Shown: positions 42,964 to 54,614, numbered from the whole stretch's first letter. The stretch is 58,943 nt of DNA, filler included, from Stramenopiles sp. TOSAG23-3 (GCA_900128585.1; 5 parts of 5 records of this genome joined end to end with filler, not necessarily neighbours in it); one strand, 5' to 3'. Program-made: numbers and translations. Notes: generated from the sequence alone by a model not told the origin.

Positions 42964-44637
42964 ATGTCTTACCATTACACGAACGAAATTTTCAAAGTGG
43001 AGAGCGACAAGGTCGTCTACACGGAAACGGAAATCCAGTCCACCTACCAGTACAACACGACGGAAGTTGTGCGTGGGGAAAGTGGCCAGCCACTAACGGT
43101 TCGCCCGAAGACCACCGAGTATGTGTTCAAAACGGAGCGAAAGGTGCCGAAAACGGGCGTCATGATCGTTGGCCTTGGGGGCAACAACGGGACCACAGTC
43201 ACTGGCGGACTCTTGGCCCACAAGCTTGGCCTGAAGTGGAACACCAAGGAGGGCGAACGGACCCCAGACTTCCTGGGCTCCATCACCCAAGCGTCCACGT
43301 GCAAGCTCGGGATCGACAACGAGGGGAACGACATCTTCGTGCCCATGAAGAACATGGTCCCGCTCCTGGAACCACAGAACCTCGTTGTTGGCGGGTGGGA
43401 CATCTCGTCCATGCCACTCGGTGACGCCATGAAGCGCGCCGGCGTCTTCGAGTACGACCTGCAGCGCCAGCTCTATTCCCACATGCAAAAGGTCAAACCT
43501 TTGCCGTCCATTTACGTCAAGGACTTCATCGCCGCGAACCAGGAGGATCGCGCCGACAACGTCTTGACCGGGTCCAGCCTCGAGCAGATGGAGAAGATCC
43601 GCACGGACATCCGCGCCTTTAAGACCGAGAACGGCCTCGACAAGGTCATTGTCCTCTGGAGTGCCAACACAGAGCGCTTCGCAGAGCTGATCGACGGCAT
43701 CAACGACACCGCCGACAACTTGCTCGCCGCCATCCAGCAGGGCCACTCCGAGGTCGCCCCGTCGACGTTGTTCGCCGTGGCGTCCATCTTGGAACACTGC
43801 ACCTACATCAACGGCAGCCCGCAGAACACCTTTGTGCCCGGCTGCGTCGAGCTTGCCGAAAAGCATGACGTCTTCATCGGAGGAGACGACTTCAAAAGCG
43901 GCCAGACGAAGATGAAGAGCGTCTTGGTCGACTTCCTCGTCAGCTCCGGGATAAAACCGGTTAGCATCGTGAGCTACAACCACTTGGGCAACAACGATGG
44001 GAAGAACCTGAGCGCCCCGAAGCAGTTCCGGTCCAAAGAGATCTCCAAAAGCAACGTCGTCGACGACATGGTTGCCAGCAACGGCATCATGTTCGGCCCG
44101 GGGGAGCACCCAGACCACACCGTCGTCATCAAGTACGTCCCGTACGTTGGCGACAGCAAGCGTGCCATGGACGAGTACACGAGCGAGATCTTCATGGGCG
44201 GGAAGAACACCATTGCGATGCACAACACTTGCGAGGATTCGTTGCTCGCCGCGCCGTTGATCCTGGACCTTATCGTCCTCGGTGAATTCAGCGAACGGCT
44301 GGCCTTGAAGGAGAACAAGGAAGGGGCCGAGTTCGAAAAGATGCACTCCGTACTTTCCCTACTGAGCTTCCTCTTGAAAGCCCCGATGGTACCACGCGGG
44401 ACCCCAGTCGTCAACGCCTTGTTCCCACAGCGAGAAGCCATTGCCAACATCATGCGCGCATGCGTTGGCCTGCCCGTTGAGAACTACATGCTTCTTCAAA
44501 ATCGCACCAAATCGGCCGGGAAAGTTGCCCTTCAGGTCATGGAGAGGAACGTCCTTGCCCAGAAGCGCAAAGCGGAAGGGTTGGCGGGCGAAGAAAAATC
44601 CAACGCGCACATCGACAAGCGCATGATCCTGGAGTAA
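42964..44637 (+). CDS. INO1: myo-Inositol-1-phosphate synthase
   Basis: Conserved blocks [46 protein letters not shown] and [13 protein letters not shown]. Confidence 0.98.
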   Translation: MSYHYTNEIFKVESDKVVYTETEIQSTYQYNTTEVVRGESGQPLTVRPKTTEYVFKTERKVPKTGVMIVGLGGNNGTTVTGGLLAHKLGLKWNTKEGERTPDFLGSITQASTCKLGIDNEGNDIFVPMKNMVPLLEPQNLVVGGWDISSMPLGDAMKRAGVFEYDLQRQLYSHMQKVKPLPSIYVKDFIAANQEDRADNVLTGSSLEQMEKIRTDIRAFKTENGLDKVIVLWSANTERFAELIDGINDTADNLLAAIQQGHSEVAPSTLFAVASILEHCTYINGSPQNTFVPGCVELAEKHDVFIGGDDFKSGQTKMKSVLVDFLVSSGIKPVSIVSYNHLGNNDGKNLSAPKQFRSKEISKSNVVDDMVASNGIMFGPGEHPDHTVVIKYVPYVGDSKRAMDEYTSEIFMGGKNTIAMHNTCEDSLLAAPLILDLIVLGEFSERLALKENKEGAEFEKMHSVLSLLSFLLKAPMVPRGTPVVNALFPQREAIANIMRACVGLPVENYMLLQNRTKSAGKVALQVMERNVLAQKRKAEGLAGEEKSNAHIDKRMILE

Positions 44638-44970
44638 GAGCCTCGACCCTCGTGCAATTCATTTCTTCAATTGATGCCTTCCATACCAGAGAGAGCAGAG
44701 CCGTACGCCCGCCATTATTTTTTCTAGATCACTGTGCAAGTGCTGCGATACAGTGTCTTTTTAGAATTATCATTGGAGGCGGAACGGCTTTCCTCCATGT
44801 GCTTCTTTCTGGGGTTAATGTTTGAACGATCAATTGAAATCCGCACAACACAATTTTATTTTTTAGTTTATAAAATATAATTAAAAAATAGTTACAGTAC
44901 ATAAAAAAAAAATATTTATTGGTTTAAAAAGCACTATGAGGAGGAAGCTAAATTTAATTACTTATTATAC

Positions 44971-45302
44971 AGGAAGAAGAAGAAGAAGAAGAAGAAAAAA
45001 AAAAGAAAAAAAAAGAAGAAGAAAAAAAAGAAGAAAGAAAGAAGAAAGAAGACAAAAGAAAGAAGAAGAAGAAAAAAATTAAAATTATTTAAAGACAACA
45101 ACACCACACCACCACTCTTATTAATTTAAATACAACACTCTTATTATATTAGTCTATATAGAGACTGTATTAATATTTTATACAATAACAAATAATTCAT
45201 CATCATTATATCCTTCTTCTTCCTCCTTCTTCCCTCATTTCTCTTCTTCTCCTTTTTTATTTATTTCTTTTTTTTTTTTCTTCTTCTTTTTCTTCTTCTG
45301 CT
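44971..45302. repeat. GAA-rich tract and downstream TTC-rich tract
   Basis: Purine tract 44971-45078 and pyrimidine-rich tract 45211-45302. Confidence 0.75.
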
Positions 45303-45589
45303 TACTGGAATGGCAGCGGCAACGGTTTATTTATTATCCATCATTCAATTAGCAAGAATGACTGAAGTGCTATAAATATATTGAACATAGACGCGGAGAC
45401 TTGTATAACGACAACTGTTCTACTAATCGATTAGAAAAAAATAAAGGGAAAGCGTTCCTTTTGTTTTGCTTTGTTTCGTTGAAAATAGGCTCTGGGGGAG
45501 GACCGCTTTGTTCGTGCGCGTGGGCTATCTTGCTTTGGGTATGGTGGTAATTTAGTAGCAACCAACCCGCAAGCGCCAAACGTGGTAAA

Positions 45590-48500
45590 ATGGAATGTTT
45601 GTACCGTTGTGCAGTTCATTATGTCGACGAAATGTTCGACTGTAATCCTGCTCGTGGGGGGCAAACCTCGCAGCTGGCCGTTCTGAGTGTTCCTGTGTGC
45701 AGGCACCACCCTGTTTTACGGTGCGTTGTAGCCTCAAGATACATAGAGCGCCACCGCACCGTTCAGAAATCAAACACGGCCGTGAGCGGCACAACCTCCA
45801 CTACCGCCAAGCGATGCAGCCGCGTGGGGCTGGAGATACTGCTATTTTTGCTGGAATCAATGGGGGCCATTGAGCTAGACGACGCATCAATTGTCCGTAT
45901 TATTGAGTCGTTGACAGCCGATGATTTCTCCGTCCTGTTCGCGGACTTTACGGGTTATGTCAAGCGGCACGGACATAGTGAGCGGTTTTACTTGTGCTAC
46001 CTGTTACTTTTGCATGCATACTTGGACGCAATTGCGATCCCGCTGTTGGCAAACATGGATAGTCGTGATGGAGGCAACGTGGCAGTTGTATTTTTAAAGC
46101 AATTGCTCTTTTCATGCCCAGAATTTAAACGCGTTCGTGTGCATTCAAATCTAACTATTGTTGCCGGCGTTGTCTGGGTAAAATTAGAACGATTCTTTTC
46201 CAGAACAATGCACCGTTTGCATTTAGAAATGCCAAACTCTGCGACAAATCTAGGTCATGCGGGGGCTGATTTTATCGACACCCGCGATGATTTGTTAAGT
46301 TTCCTGTCATCGCTGTGCAAAGATTTGAAAATGTACTATTTAGATTCGACCCCGTACCCTTCGTTTCACCACCTTCGTTCCAAGGTACTGGAGCCGGTGA
46401 GGGTTTCTTTCGAGGGCAGGTTAAATGAACGGGGTTTTTTAGAAAATGTTTTTGGCTGCCTCCGCAGCAATCGGGAAGCCGGCGCGCCTCTTTCCACTCC
46501 CAACGTTCTTTTCAAGCTTGCAACAGTCCACAAAATCCCGATGGAAACTGTTTTAACGTTGTTTCCGTATTGGAAAGTCCAGCAAATCGTGCAAGGCGCG
46601 AAAGTCTTGTGTCAGTCCACCCTGGCGACCGATCCAGACATTGGCGCAGATGGGTTTTTAGAGCTGCTCGAATGCGTGGTGAAGTACTCTCCGTTTCGCG
46701 ATTTGGGACGCGAGGCGAAGATAAATTTAATTTGCGAATGCATAAAGCTCGCGTGCATTTTTGACATATGTTCTACCGATGCCTTGTTCCAAAAGCTTTC
46801 TTTAGCCAGAGAGCATTCCGAAAGGTTCCCTTGTACAACATGCGATGAGTGGGAATGCTTCGGTGGTGCCGTGTCCGTCGTTCTTTGGGGCATGGCAAAT
46901 AATGTGGTTCTGGATTTTGATTGGGGCGATATGGACATTTTGGACCGCATACTGGATTCGTTGGACAACTCCCTCGGTGAACAGTTTTGTAGTTTCCTGC
47001 GTAATGGCCTGTACGAATCGTTCGCGACCCTGTGGAACAATAAAAAACTAGACAACTTGGCGGTGCCAGTTGCCGCATGCAATTGCTTCAGAAGCAAGCG
47101 CCTACGGACAACTAGCAAGGCCAAGGACGAACCCGCATTGGCCAAGGATGATGCGAACCACAACGCAGATGCTTTTCAAGGCCCCGCGCAAGACAACATA
47201 CCCACCGGAGAACAGTTGCTCGAAATTTATAGCAGCGGGTCGGCGTCGAAGGCAAAAATATTCTACAGCACGCTTTCGCTCGGCGAGGGAAGATCTGCGC
47301 AGGGTCTGCTGCGGGAAATGGCGAAGAAAACATCCCCAAACAGAGTCGACGCCATTCGGCTTCTTAATCAATTTCTTATTTGGGGTGTTAATGGCGCAGG
47401 GGTGCTGAAAGCACGGTTTGTGGAGATGTCGGTTGAAGATGTTCTGTATGCGGCGCAAAGGGAGCGATTGGCCGAATTTTTGGACGACTTTCTACATGAC
47501 GCGATCCCCAACATGCAAAATTTCACAGAAGCCCTGTTCCGGGCAGCTCTGGAGAGCCAACATTTGAACGTTTTGAAGGACATATGTGGAGCATTCGCAA
47601 ATTACGACCATTTCCTTGCGAAAGATTCGTTACTGACTGCAGCCCGAAAGATTTTGGTCAGATTTGGAGGAACAAACGGGCAAATGCCGTTGACACAATC
47701 GCGGTCAGTGCACCAGGTCGCGTTTGCGCTTTTCAGAGTATTTGCGAGCTTGCCCGACGCGAGTGACCTTTTCCCTCGGCTGTTTGATAGAAGTGTGTGC
47801 GAGGCGGTGCCCTGTTCGAGCAATTCAATGTCATGTTTGGTGGTGCAGGGGGTTATCTTCCTGGCAGAGCGGGTAAAATCAAATTTTTTCGTTTCTTTAA
47901 AGGTGTTGCAGGCGCGTTTGGTATGGATAGCCTCTCACGTTCCCGAGGTTACGCGTACACACCGGTGGTTGAAGTTGTGGAAATTGTTTTCAAGTTCATC
48001 GAAAATGGATTCTTGGCCTTCCCGCCAACAGTTTTTAACCGGAGAGAATCGGTTTATTTGGGAAAATTCCTGGGCATCCGTGTTTTCTGCTGGCTACGAA
48101 GCGAGCATCTACGAAGGGGTACGCCTGAGCTGCACTGTCCCAAGGCGATGCTCGGGTGTGACCGGTCAAGAGTTGAACATTCAGCACATACACCGTGCCG
48201 GCGCGTATCATGTCGCCGTTCCAACGATTTGCCTATTTGCCTATTGGGAACAAGAGAACAGGGGTGGGGGGAGCGATGTTGCTAGAGCGGAGAACATATG
48301 GGACAGTTTTGTAGATAAACTTGAAAAGACCGAAACGGTTTGCGCTCAGGAACTGTTTGTAGCAACTGTCGTCGCTTTGTCAAAATCCATGCTCGGAGAT
48401 GAGGATCAGGAGGTTCGAGCAGCACCGTTGTCTCTATATCTTTTGAAGTGCAATTTTCAAAAACTAGAACCAACGAACAGGGTCATGTTATTGCTGGAAG

Positions 48501-49150
48501 TTTTAGTTGCAATGAATTCAGAACTTACCGTTTCCACAAGGGCCAAGTTTGTGAATCTGAATACTTTCGGCAAGGCGCTATCGAGCGTCTTGCGGAGTCT
48601 TGGGGGGATCAGTCCATTTTTGACCCAGGACATTTTATCCAGGCCCAGTGCAACCTGCACAACTGCATCCAGCGTGGCCTCGAAGCTTTGTTCGTTGTTC
48701 AGAAAGTCGAAAAGGGATATATTTTGCCAAGACAACTCTTTGCTGCAGATGTTGCTGCAGACCATTGCCAAACTCGATAGACTAGAGATCAGTTCATCCC
48801 CCCGGCTTGGTGCTACGACACGAAAGACCTGCGCTTACAGAGAATTCCACAAAACGTTACTGAATCGTGGTGAGTTGTGGGAGAATGTAGACCGACTATG
48901 TCCCCAAATCCTAAAGAGTGAATTGGACGAAAATGGGTTCGACGACATGAAGAAAACAAAACAATTCTTCGACCTCGTACTTTTCGATTTTAAACCCAAA
49001 GATAGCAAAACCAACGGTACGACGAACCCTGGCGGAACATCGCAACAAGCTCAGCCGACCTTTGACGTTTACGAGGATGAACCAAGTTCATATTCTAGTA
49101 GGAAAATATTTAAAGATAAGAAGAGTGCCAAGCGCAAGCGAAAACGATAA
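45590..49150 (+). CDS. Large hypothetical helical protein with C-terminal basic (NLS-like) tail
   Basis: 1186-aa uninterrupted Leu-rich ORF ending KDKKSAKRKRKR. No family recognised. Confidence 0.7.
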   Translation: MECLYRCAVHYVDEMFDCNPARGGQTSQLAVLSVPVCRHHPVLRCVVASRYIERHRTVQKSNTAVSGTTSTTAKRCSRVGLEILLFLLESMGAIELDDASIVRIIESLTADDFSVLFADFTGYVKRHGHSERFYLCYLLLLHAYLDAIAIPLLANMDSRDGGNVAVVFLKQLLFSCPEFKRVRVHSNLTIVAGVVWVKLERFFSRTMHRLHLEMPNSATNLGHAGADFIDTRDDLLSFLSSLCKDLKMYYLDSTPYPSFHHLRSKVLEPVRVSFEGRLNERGFLENVFGCLRSNREAGAPLSTPNVLFKLATVHKIPMETVLTLFPYWKVQQIVQGAKVLCQSTLATDPDIGADGFLELLECVVKYSPFRDLGREAKINLICECIKLACIFDICSTDALFQKLSLAREHSERFPCTTCDEWECFGGAVSVVLWGMANNVVLDFDWGDMDILDRILDSLDNSLGEQFCSFLRNGLYESFATLWNNKKLDNLAVPVAACNCFRSKRLRTTSKAKDEPALAKDDANHNADAFQGPAQDNIPTGEQLLEIYSSGSASKAKIFYSTLSLGEGRSAQGLLREMAKKTSPNRVDAIRLLNQFLIWGVNGAGVLKARFVEMSVEDVLYAAQRERLAEFLDDFLHDAIPNMQNFTEALFRAALESQHLNVLKDICGAFANYDHFLAKDSLLTAARKILVRFGGTNGQMPLTQSRSVHQVAFALFRVFASLPDASDLFPRLFDRSVCEAVPCSSNSMSCLVVQGVIFLAERVKSNFFVSLKVLQARLVWIASHVPEVTRTHRWLKLWKLFSSSSKMDSWPSRQQFLTGENRFIWENSWASVFSAGYEASIYEGVRLSCTVPRRCSGVTGQELNIQHIHRAGAYHVAVPTICLFAYWEQENRGGGSDVARAENIWDSFVDKLEKTETVCAQELFVATVVALSKSMLGDEDQEVRAAPLSLYLLKCNFQKLEPTNRVMLLLEVLVAMNSELTVSTRAKFVNLNTFGKALSSVLRSLGGISPFLTQDILSRPSATCTTASSVASKLCSLFRKSKRDIFCQDNSLLQMLLQTIAKLDRLEISSSPRLGATTRKTCAYREFHKTLLNRGELWENVDRLCPQILKSELDENGFDDMKKTKQFFDLVLFDFKPKDSKTNGTTNPGGTSQQAQPTFDVYEDEPSSYSSRKIFKDKKSAKRKRKR

Positions 49151-49210
49151 AACATGAGAGAGAGTAAAAGATTCTTACTGGCATATAAAGTGTATACTTC
49201 GTATCATAAG

Positions 49211-49260
49211 AATTAAAAACAAAAAATTGGCTGTTATTTAAGTATGAAAATTAAAATTTA
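49211..49260. repeat. Dispersed element, copy D (single arm)
   Basis: AATTAAAAACAAAAAATTGGCTGTTATTTAAGTA (core 49227-49236). Confidence 0.7.
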
Positions 49261-49487
49261 TCGTCTTCGTATTATACACATAAGAATTGACACCAATAAT
49301 CATTTGTTTTAAAAAAGCAAAATAGGATTTTTTAAGTAAACGTAAATAATAATAAAAACAATTCCTTCGTTTAATAAAAAAGTTCCTTCGTATAATAAAT
49401 TTTATATCATATAAATTTCAATTATTGATCTTCTTGCGCCCGACGGTCCCTTTTTCTGCCCCTCCGGAGCAGTCCTTTTCTTACATT

Positions 49488-50213
49488 TTACAAATCGACC
49501 TGATCACTGTCCGTTTGGATCTCATTGTACGCCAAATTATAGGGCTGGTACGAAGTATCGACATTAGCATAATATTCATTTCCCAAACCATCGCCTTTAA
49601 TTTCTTGGCTGAACGAGAACATCCCTTTAAAGAGAAAGGCCAATGCGCTTAAAAAAGAAAAGGCGCAGGCCACACCAAGCGCGCCCCCATCTTTGGAGGT
49701 AATGAGGGGCGGCTGGCGCCCTGGGTCAGTACGAGAACAGCCCGTTGCCTTGATCGTGCCGTCTTCCAGTTTAAGGCATAGGCATGGGCCGCCCCCGTCC
49801 GCTGGTGCCTTCATTCCTGGCATTAGACAATTTTTTGAGGTAATGGAGGAAGCCATAGAAATCGCAGACGCGAACAAAATGAACGCAATTAGAAACTCGA
49901 TGCGTGCAAGCGTGGAGTACTTGAACCGGGGCACTAAATGAGCCTCGTATAAACTATCTTTTGCAAACATGTGAAAAAGGGATACGAGCATGTAAACCCA
50001 GGCACAAACCGACAGCCACACTGACAAACAAAGCGCAGCCCAATAACAGTACTGATTAACGCTCGAAATGCAACCAAAAACAATGGGAAGTGTTATGCAA
50101 ATGCCAGCGACCGCGAACTGCTCCATTTCCGCGTGCTCCCTCGCCCAGGTTTTGATAAAAGAATTGTAACCACTCATTGGTAGAAATATGCCCAACGAAA
50201 ATACTATCGACAC
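49488..50213 (-). CDS. Four-TM membrane protein (MARVEL/tetraspan-like topology); 5' end uncertain
   Basis: Four hydrophobic segments, a Cys-containing loop before the last TM (ACAFSFLS) and an acidic, Tyr-rich tail. The first ATG is at 50177; a possible CAG acceptor lies at 50213-50215. Confidence 0.6.
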   Translation of the reverse strand: MSIVFSLGIFLPMSGYNSFIKTWAREHAEMEQFAVAGICITLPIVFGCISSVNQYCYWAALCLSVWLSVCAWVYMLVSLFHMFAKDSLYEAHLVPRFKYSTLARIEFLIAFILFASAISMASSITSKNCLMPGMKAPADGGGPCLCLKLEDGTIKATGCSRTDPGRQPPLITSKDGGALGVACAFSFLSALAFLFKGMFSFSQEIKGDGLGNEYYANVDTSYQPYNLAYNEIQTDSDQVDL

Positions 50214-50770
50214 TGTGCGTTGGGGGGTCCGTAGGGTCTATATTTAAATAAACGCAACTGATAATTCTCTTTTAAATTAACATTTCAGATAATAATTTCT
50301 TTCTTATTCTCTTATGGTGAGTGAAGATTTATTACACAACAAACATTACTTTTTATGTACTATATAGTACCAAAAAAAATAATAATGGCCGCCGCCCGCC
50401 ACCAACAACAAATTCAATTTTTTAATAAAATAAAAAAAAAATATAAATCTCCTCCTTCTTCTTCTTCTCCTTCTCTTCTTCTCTTCTCTTCATTCATCAT
50501 CCTATTATTGGACCTTGCCTTCGTCATCATGATGATGGTGTCGTCGTTGGTGGTCCAACAATCTAAAAAAATTCAAAATAATAAATAAAGAAAATCCCTG
50601 TAGTTTCTTCTTTCTGTAGTACTTATCTAGTGCTATGATCGTATACAATATTACATTTGATAGATTAAAACCCTACTTCGGTCGATCGATCTCACATATC
50701 ACATTAGAATATGCTTCTCTATTCTTTTTGCAACAAAATATATTTGATTGGATCACCAGGCGCGTATGGT

Positions 50771-52342
50771 TCAGGATTCCATTTCCACGTCACCATCGCC
50801 CGTTCCATCTGCAGGGTTACTGTTGGCATCGACGGTGTTCTCTTCTTCGTCGCCCCCCTCAGGCCCTTCAAGATTCTGGGCCTTGGTTTCCTCCTCTTCG
50901 GTTGTTTTTTCTTCGATAAGCCCGAGTTTCACCGCGGCCGTAACAATGCTCCCGTCCGTGACGTACTGGAGTAAATCGACGTTGTTCGCGGCAGTGACCC
51001 GGAGTATTTTCCAGCACTTGACTTTGTCGTGCTTCGGGTGGTACTGGTCTTCTATCTCGTTGATGGGGTCCTCGGCATCCACCACGGGCTCGTACCATTT
51101 GTTGATGCTGGTGTCGGGGGCTTCATTTTGGCGGAGAAGGTCAAAGTTACCATCTCTCTCCTTCCACAGCTTCATCAGCCCTGGCTGTACAGTTAGGCCT
51201 GATTTTGCACGTCGTTGGGATATTTGGTCCTTGGATCCTTTTGCAGATGCCTTCGCCTTTGCGTCTTTGAGGGCAACCAACAATTGTCTTCGCCCCTTTT
51301 GATCCTCTTCTTTCTGCCCTTCCGGGGCCTCCCTTTCGTACGGTGGGCAAGCGCAGTCTTTCCACGTCTTCCACGAGCGGACACTTCGCAGCGAGTGAAG
51401 CACCCCGTCCTTAAATCTTTTTCCGTCTGGGCCACTGTTCGATAGCAAGTCCAAGGTTCGGGTCCTGAGTTTTTTCATTGCACTCATGACCTCTGCGCCA
51501 ACGGAGTTTTTTATGTCCTCAAATACGATCAGCGTTTGGCACAGCACGTGCCTCCGGACTTCGGGGTCTATCAGCTGCAGACGGAACAGGCGCGCCGTGG
51601 TCAGATACTTTGCACAGTAAAAGTCGCCGACGCTTTCCGTGGACTTGTCCGTCCTGCTTTTCACCAGTGGGTGATTCTCAAACAGGGAGAGCACACGTTC
51701 CAATTTTTGCATGAATTCGCTTTGCAGGGCTTCTTTGGTTTTTTTCTCACGGTCCGCACCGTCGTCTATCATATTTCTTGGGTCCCGGAAGAAATCTTGT
51801 TGGAGGGACCAGAACGCCTTGTACACGTCGTAATCTATCGTCTTCTTTGACGAAGCAACGGCGGCGCCGTTTCCCGCATCGCCCTGAAGGTCGCTCTTCT
51901 CCCCGTTTTCCGCAAACACGTCCACGTTAATATCGCTTTCAAACACGGATTTCTCGTCGAAAATGGTCACGTTCTCCGTGTTGCGGTCTTTACGAATGTT
52001 CACGCCACTCCTGTCCGACAGCGGGAAGGCGTACGCAATGAACAACGAGATGCGCCCGCAGAATGCGGCATTTTGCGTCGTCGACAGACGCTTTAAGAGG
52101 CAGTTGGAAAGACGGAGGAGCCACAGCTTGCTGGACGGGTTTTTTTTCGTATCGGAAGGCACGAAGCTCGCGTCTGCCATTGTATGAGACAAGGACTCGA
52201 CCAAGCCCCATATCTCCTCGCAGACGGTGATCGGTTGCGCCTCCAACACATCGTCCAAAATCATAAACGGGGCTTGCTTCGAAATTTTAGATTCTAACGC
52301 TAACTTCATTGCCAATGCCAGGATTCCAGGGAGCCAAGACAT
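50771..52342 (-). CDS. THOC1: THO complex subunit 1 (Hpr1)
   Basis: PFMILDDVLE, KLWLLRLSNCLLKRLS..FCGRISLFIAYAFPLSDRSGVN, YKAFWSLQ, KYLTTARLFRLQLIDPEVRRHVL and WKTWK..CPPYE. May be 5' partial at the contig end. Confidence 0.92.
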   Translation of the reverse strand: MSWLPGILALAMKLALESKISKQAPFMILDDVLEAQPITVCEEIWGLVESLSHTMADASFVPSDTKKNPSSKLWLLRLSNCLLKRLSTTQNAAFCGRISLFIAYAFPLSDRSGVNIRKDRNTENVTIFDEKSVFESDINVDVFAENGEKSDLQGDAGNGAAVASSKKTIDYDVYKAFWSLQQDFFRDPRNMIDDGADREKKTKEALQSEFMQKLERVLSLFENHPLVKSRTDKSTESVGDFYCAKYLTTARLFRLQLIDPEVRRHVLCQTLIVFEDIKNSVGAEVMSAMKKLRTRTLDLLSNSGPDGKRFKDGVLHSLRSVRSWKTWKDCACPPYEREAPEGQKEEDQKGRRQLLVALKDAKAKASAKGSKDQISQRRAKSGLTVQPGLMKLWKERDGNFDLLRQNEAPDTSINKWYEPVVDAEDPINEIEDQYHPKHDKVKCWKILRVTAANNVDLLQYVTDGSIVTAAVKLGLIEEKTTEEEETKAQNLEGPEGGDEEENTVDANSNPADGTGDGDVEMES

Positions 52343-52448
52343 GACCGGTCGGTTGTCGGCATTCCCAGGTCCTTCGGTTTTCTGCCCAGTCTTTCTCCGT
52401 TTTGGGTTCGGGGGCTGCGACCTGCCAGTGCTATTCGATCCCTCTCCC

Positions 52449-52548
52449 NNNNNNNNNNNNNNNNNNNNNNNNNNNNNNNNNNNNNNNNNNNNTTAATTAA
52501 TTAANNNNNNNNNNNNNNNNNNNNNNNNNNNNNNNNNNNNNNNNNNNN
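52449..52548. other. Artificial contig joint
   Basis: 44 N + TTAATTAATTAA + 44 N. Confidence 0.97.
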
Positions 52549-52704
52549 ATCTCATGTCGATTGGTGATTGGACAATATTTTTATCAGCGGTATTAGACTA
52601 GCACCGGAAGACTTTAACGCAATTATTTATACATCATCTTTTTGCACTTCACACACACCAAGAGGTTGTCATAGTAATATACATTCCAAGAAGAAGCCGT
52701 AGTC

Positions 52705-53151
52705 ATGAAAGATTATTTCCTTCTGTCCATTCGCCTGTACTTTGGCATTTCACTATTCTACTTTGCAGAACAAGGTGGGCTTGCCAAGTTCAACTGGGGG
52801 GTTGAAGGTATTTCAGAAAACTTGGTTGCGCCGCTGGGGTTCCCTTTCAACGCTTTCCCTTTGGTATTCAGCTACCTTGTGGTGGCGGCTGAGTTCCTCG
52901 GACCGTTGCTAATGCTCACGGGGTTTATGTCTCAGCTGGGTTCCTTCTTATTGTCCGGCAGCATGGCGGTTGCGACGTACGCGCACGTCATCGTGTGGAA
53001 GAATGGGCTTTGGTCCACCATTGAAAATGCAAAGAACGTCCACGGATGCCTAATTTACTTTGCATTCGCGACGTACGTGTTTCTAAACGGGCCGGGAAGG
53101 TTTACTTTGGCGAGCATGATTTCCGGCGAATCGAAAAAAAAATCAAATTGA
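52705..53151 (+). CDS. DoxX-family membrane protein
   Basis: IRLYFG..GGLAKF, LGFP..YLVVAAEFLGPLLMLTG, MAVATYAH and GPGRFTL. Confidence 0.88.
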   Translation: MKDYFLLSIRLYFGISLFYFAEQGGLAKFNWGVEGISENLVAPLGFPFNAFPLVFSYLVVAAEFLGPLLMLTGFMSQLGSFLLSGSMAVATYAHVIVWKNGLWSTIENAKNVHGCLIYFAFATYVFLNGPGRFTLASMISGESKKKSN

Positions 53152-53618
53152 GAAGCTGGTGGAAGAAGAACACTGAAGTAGTCTTTGAAAACCGCCCCGC
53201 TTACAAAATGCTTCGCGGTGCCATACAACGACGATTCGCTCGCCAGCACGATCGAAGTGAAGACGATGATGTAAAATTACCTAAATAAAAACAAGAACAA
53301 AAAAAAAATAACAATCGTATTCTGTTAATTCAAAACGAAACACACTTACGATATTTTTTAATAAGAACGCATTTTTTGGTTTTTTCCTTCTAAAGTGTTG
53401 TTGGTGTTGTTATAGTTTTTGTATTTTTTAAATAAATCATAGCAACTTATCATCCTATCTAACCATCGTAAAGAAAAGATTCGTTAGATACGCCCACGCG
53501 CTGGTCTCGGCGTTGGGCGTGACGAGTTTCACTGTCGTCTCCCTTTCAAAAACTCGTTCCCAACCCGCCCTTGCAGGTGCACGCATCGGAAAATCCCGGC
53601 ATTCAGGGCACCGCCACG

Positions 53619-54407
53619 CTAATCCTTTTTGACCGTGCCCACGTTTGCGGGGCGCAGCACACGGTCTTTGAACGTATACCCGTGCAACATGACTTGCCCG
53701 ATGGTGTTCGGCTCCATGTCGGGGTTTTCGAACTGAAACAAAGCAGAGTGCAAGGCAGGGTCGAACGCTTCGCCGACCTCCCCAAACTTTGTTATCCCAT
53801 GACTACTAAACGCCTTCTGCAAGCCGTCCTCGGTCATCAACACCCCTTCGTGGAATGTTTTGAGCTCATCGTTCTCCTCCAGCTGATCGCTCGGCACGGC
53901 ATCGAGAGCGCGTCCTAGGTTGTCGGCCACCTCCAGCATGGACTTGGCAAATTTTGTTGCGGCGTAGGTCGTCGCGTTCTCCACGTCACGTTTCGCAATC
54001 GTCCTTACATTTTCTATTTCTGCTAAGGAGCGGACGTAACTGTCTTTCATCTCCTTTTCGGCCTTTTGAAGCTCGGCAAGTTGTGCTCGCAGCTCGTCTT
54101 CCACCGAAGCCCCTTCTTCGTCGTCCCCTGCCGCCTCGCCGTCCTCGCCTTCGTCCGTTTCGCCCGTTTCGTCGGCCTCTTTGTCGCCCTCGCCTCCAGC
54201 AAACTGGGTGGAGTGGAAGCCCCGCTGACCGAACACACTCAGCCTAGGGAGTGTGCTCGCTTCGCTGATGCCAAACCCCGCATGGTATCCTCGAAACACG
54301 CCGCCCCTGAACGTCCGTGCAATTTTATCGCTCGATAGGGCTTCTTTCACGGGCTGAGACCGGAGTGCGGTCCTCAACGCGCGTTTGGTATACTTGGCTA
54401 ATTGCAT
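53619..54407 (-). CDS. GRPE: Mitochondrial GrpE nucleotide-exchange factor
   Basis: Basic presequence, then RSLAEIENVR, KFAKSMLEVADNLGRAL, FDPALHSAL and GYTFKDRVLRPANVG. Confidence 0.96.
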   Translation of the reverse strand: MQLAKYTKRALRTALRSQPVKEALSSDKIARTFRGGVFRGYHAGFGISEASTLPRLSVFGQRGFHSTQFAGGEGDKEADETGETDEGEDGEAAGDDEEGASVEDELRAQLAELQKAEKEMKDSYVRSLAEIENVRTIAKRDVENATTYAATKFAKSMLEVADNLGRALDAVPSDQLEENDELKTFHEGVLMTEDGLQKAFSSHGITKFGEVGEAFDPALHSALFQFENPDMEPNTIGQVMLHGYTFKDRVLRPANVGTVKKD

Positions 54408-54614
54408 TGGTTCGGTTTGCGGTTCAAAAGGAAATAAAGAAAAGTAAAAAATACTTTTACTATACGTCAGACAGACAAATGGTTAAGTATGTGTATGTAC
54501 AAATTCTATCAATCATACATTCCGATGGTTGTAAGCAATTATCTTCTCCTTTTCGTTTGTATAATAATTATGTAATACTAATATATAAAATAGAAATGTG
54601 TTCATCGAACAAGA

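Noticed and set aside
43093..44346. 417-aa antisense ORF over INO1 (and similar shadow ORFs over the DHHC, TPR-IQ and GT genes)
   Set aside because: This is the expected antisense openness of GC3-rich coding sequence, with no recognisable motifs.
53489..53520. GC-rich hairpin between DoxX and GrpE as a SECIS element or terminator
   Set aside because: There is no SECIS core, neither gene has an internal in-frame TGA, and it is a single short stem.
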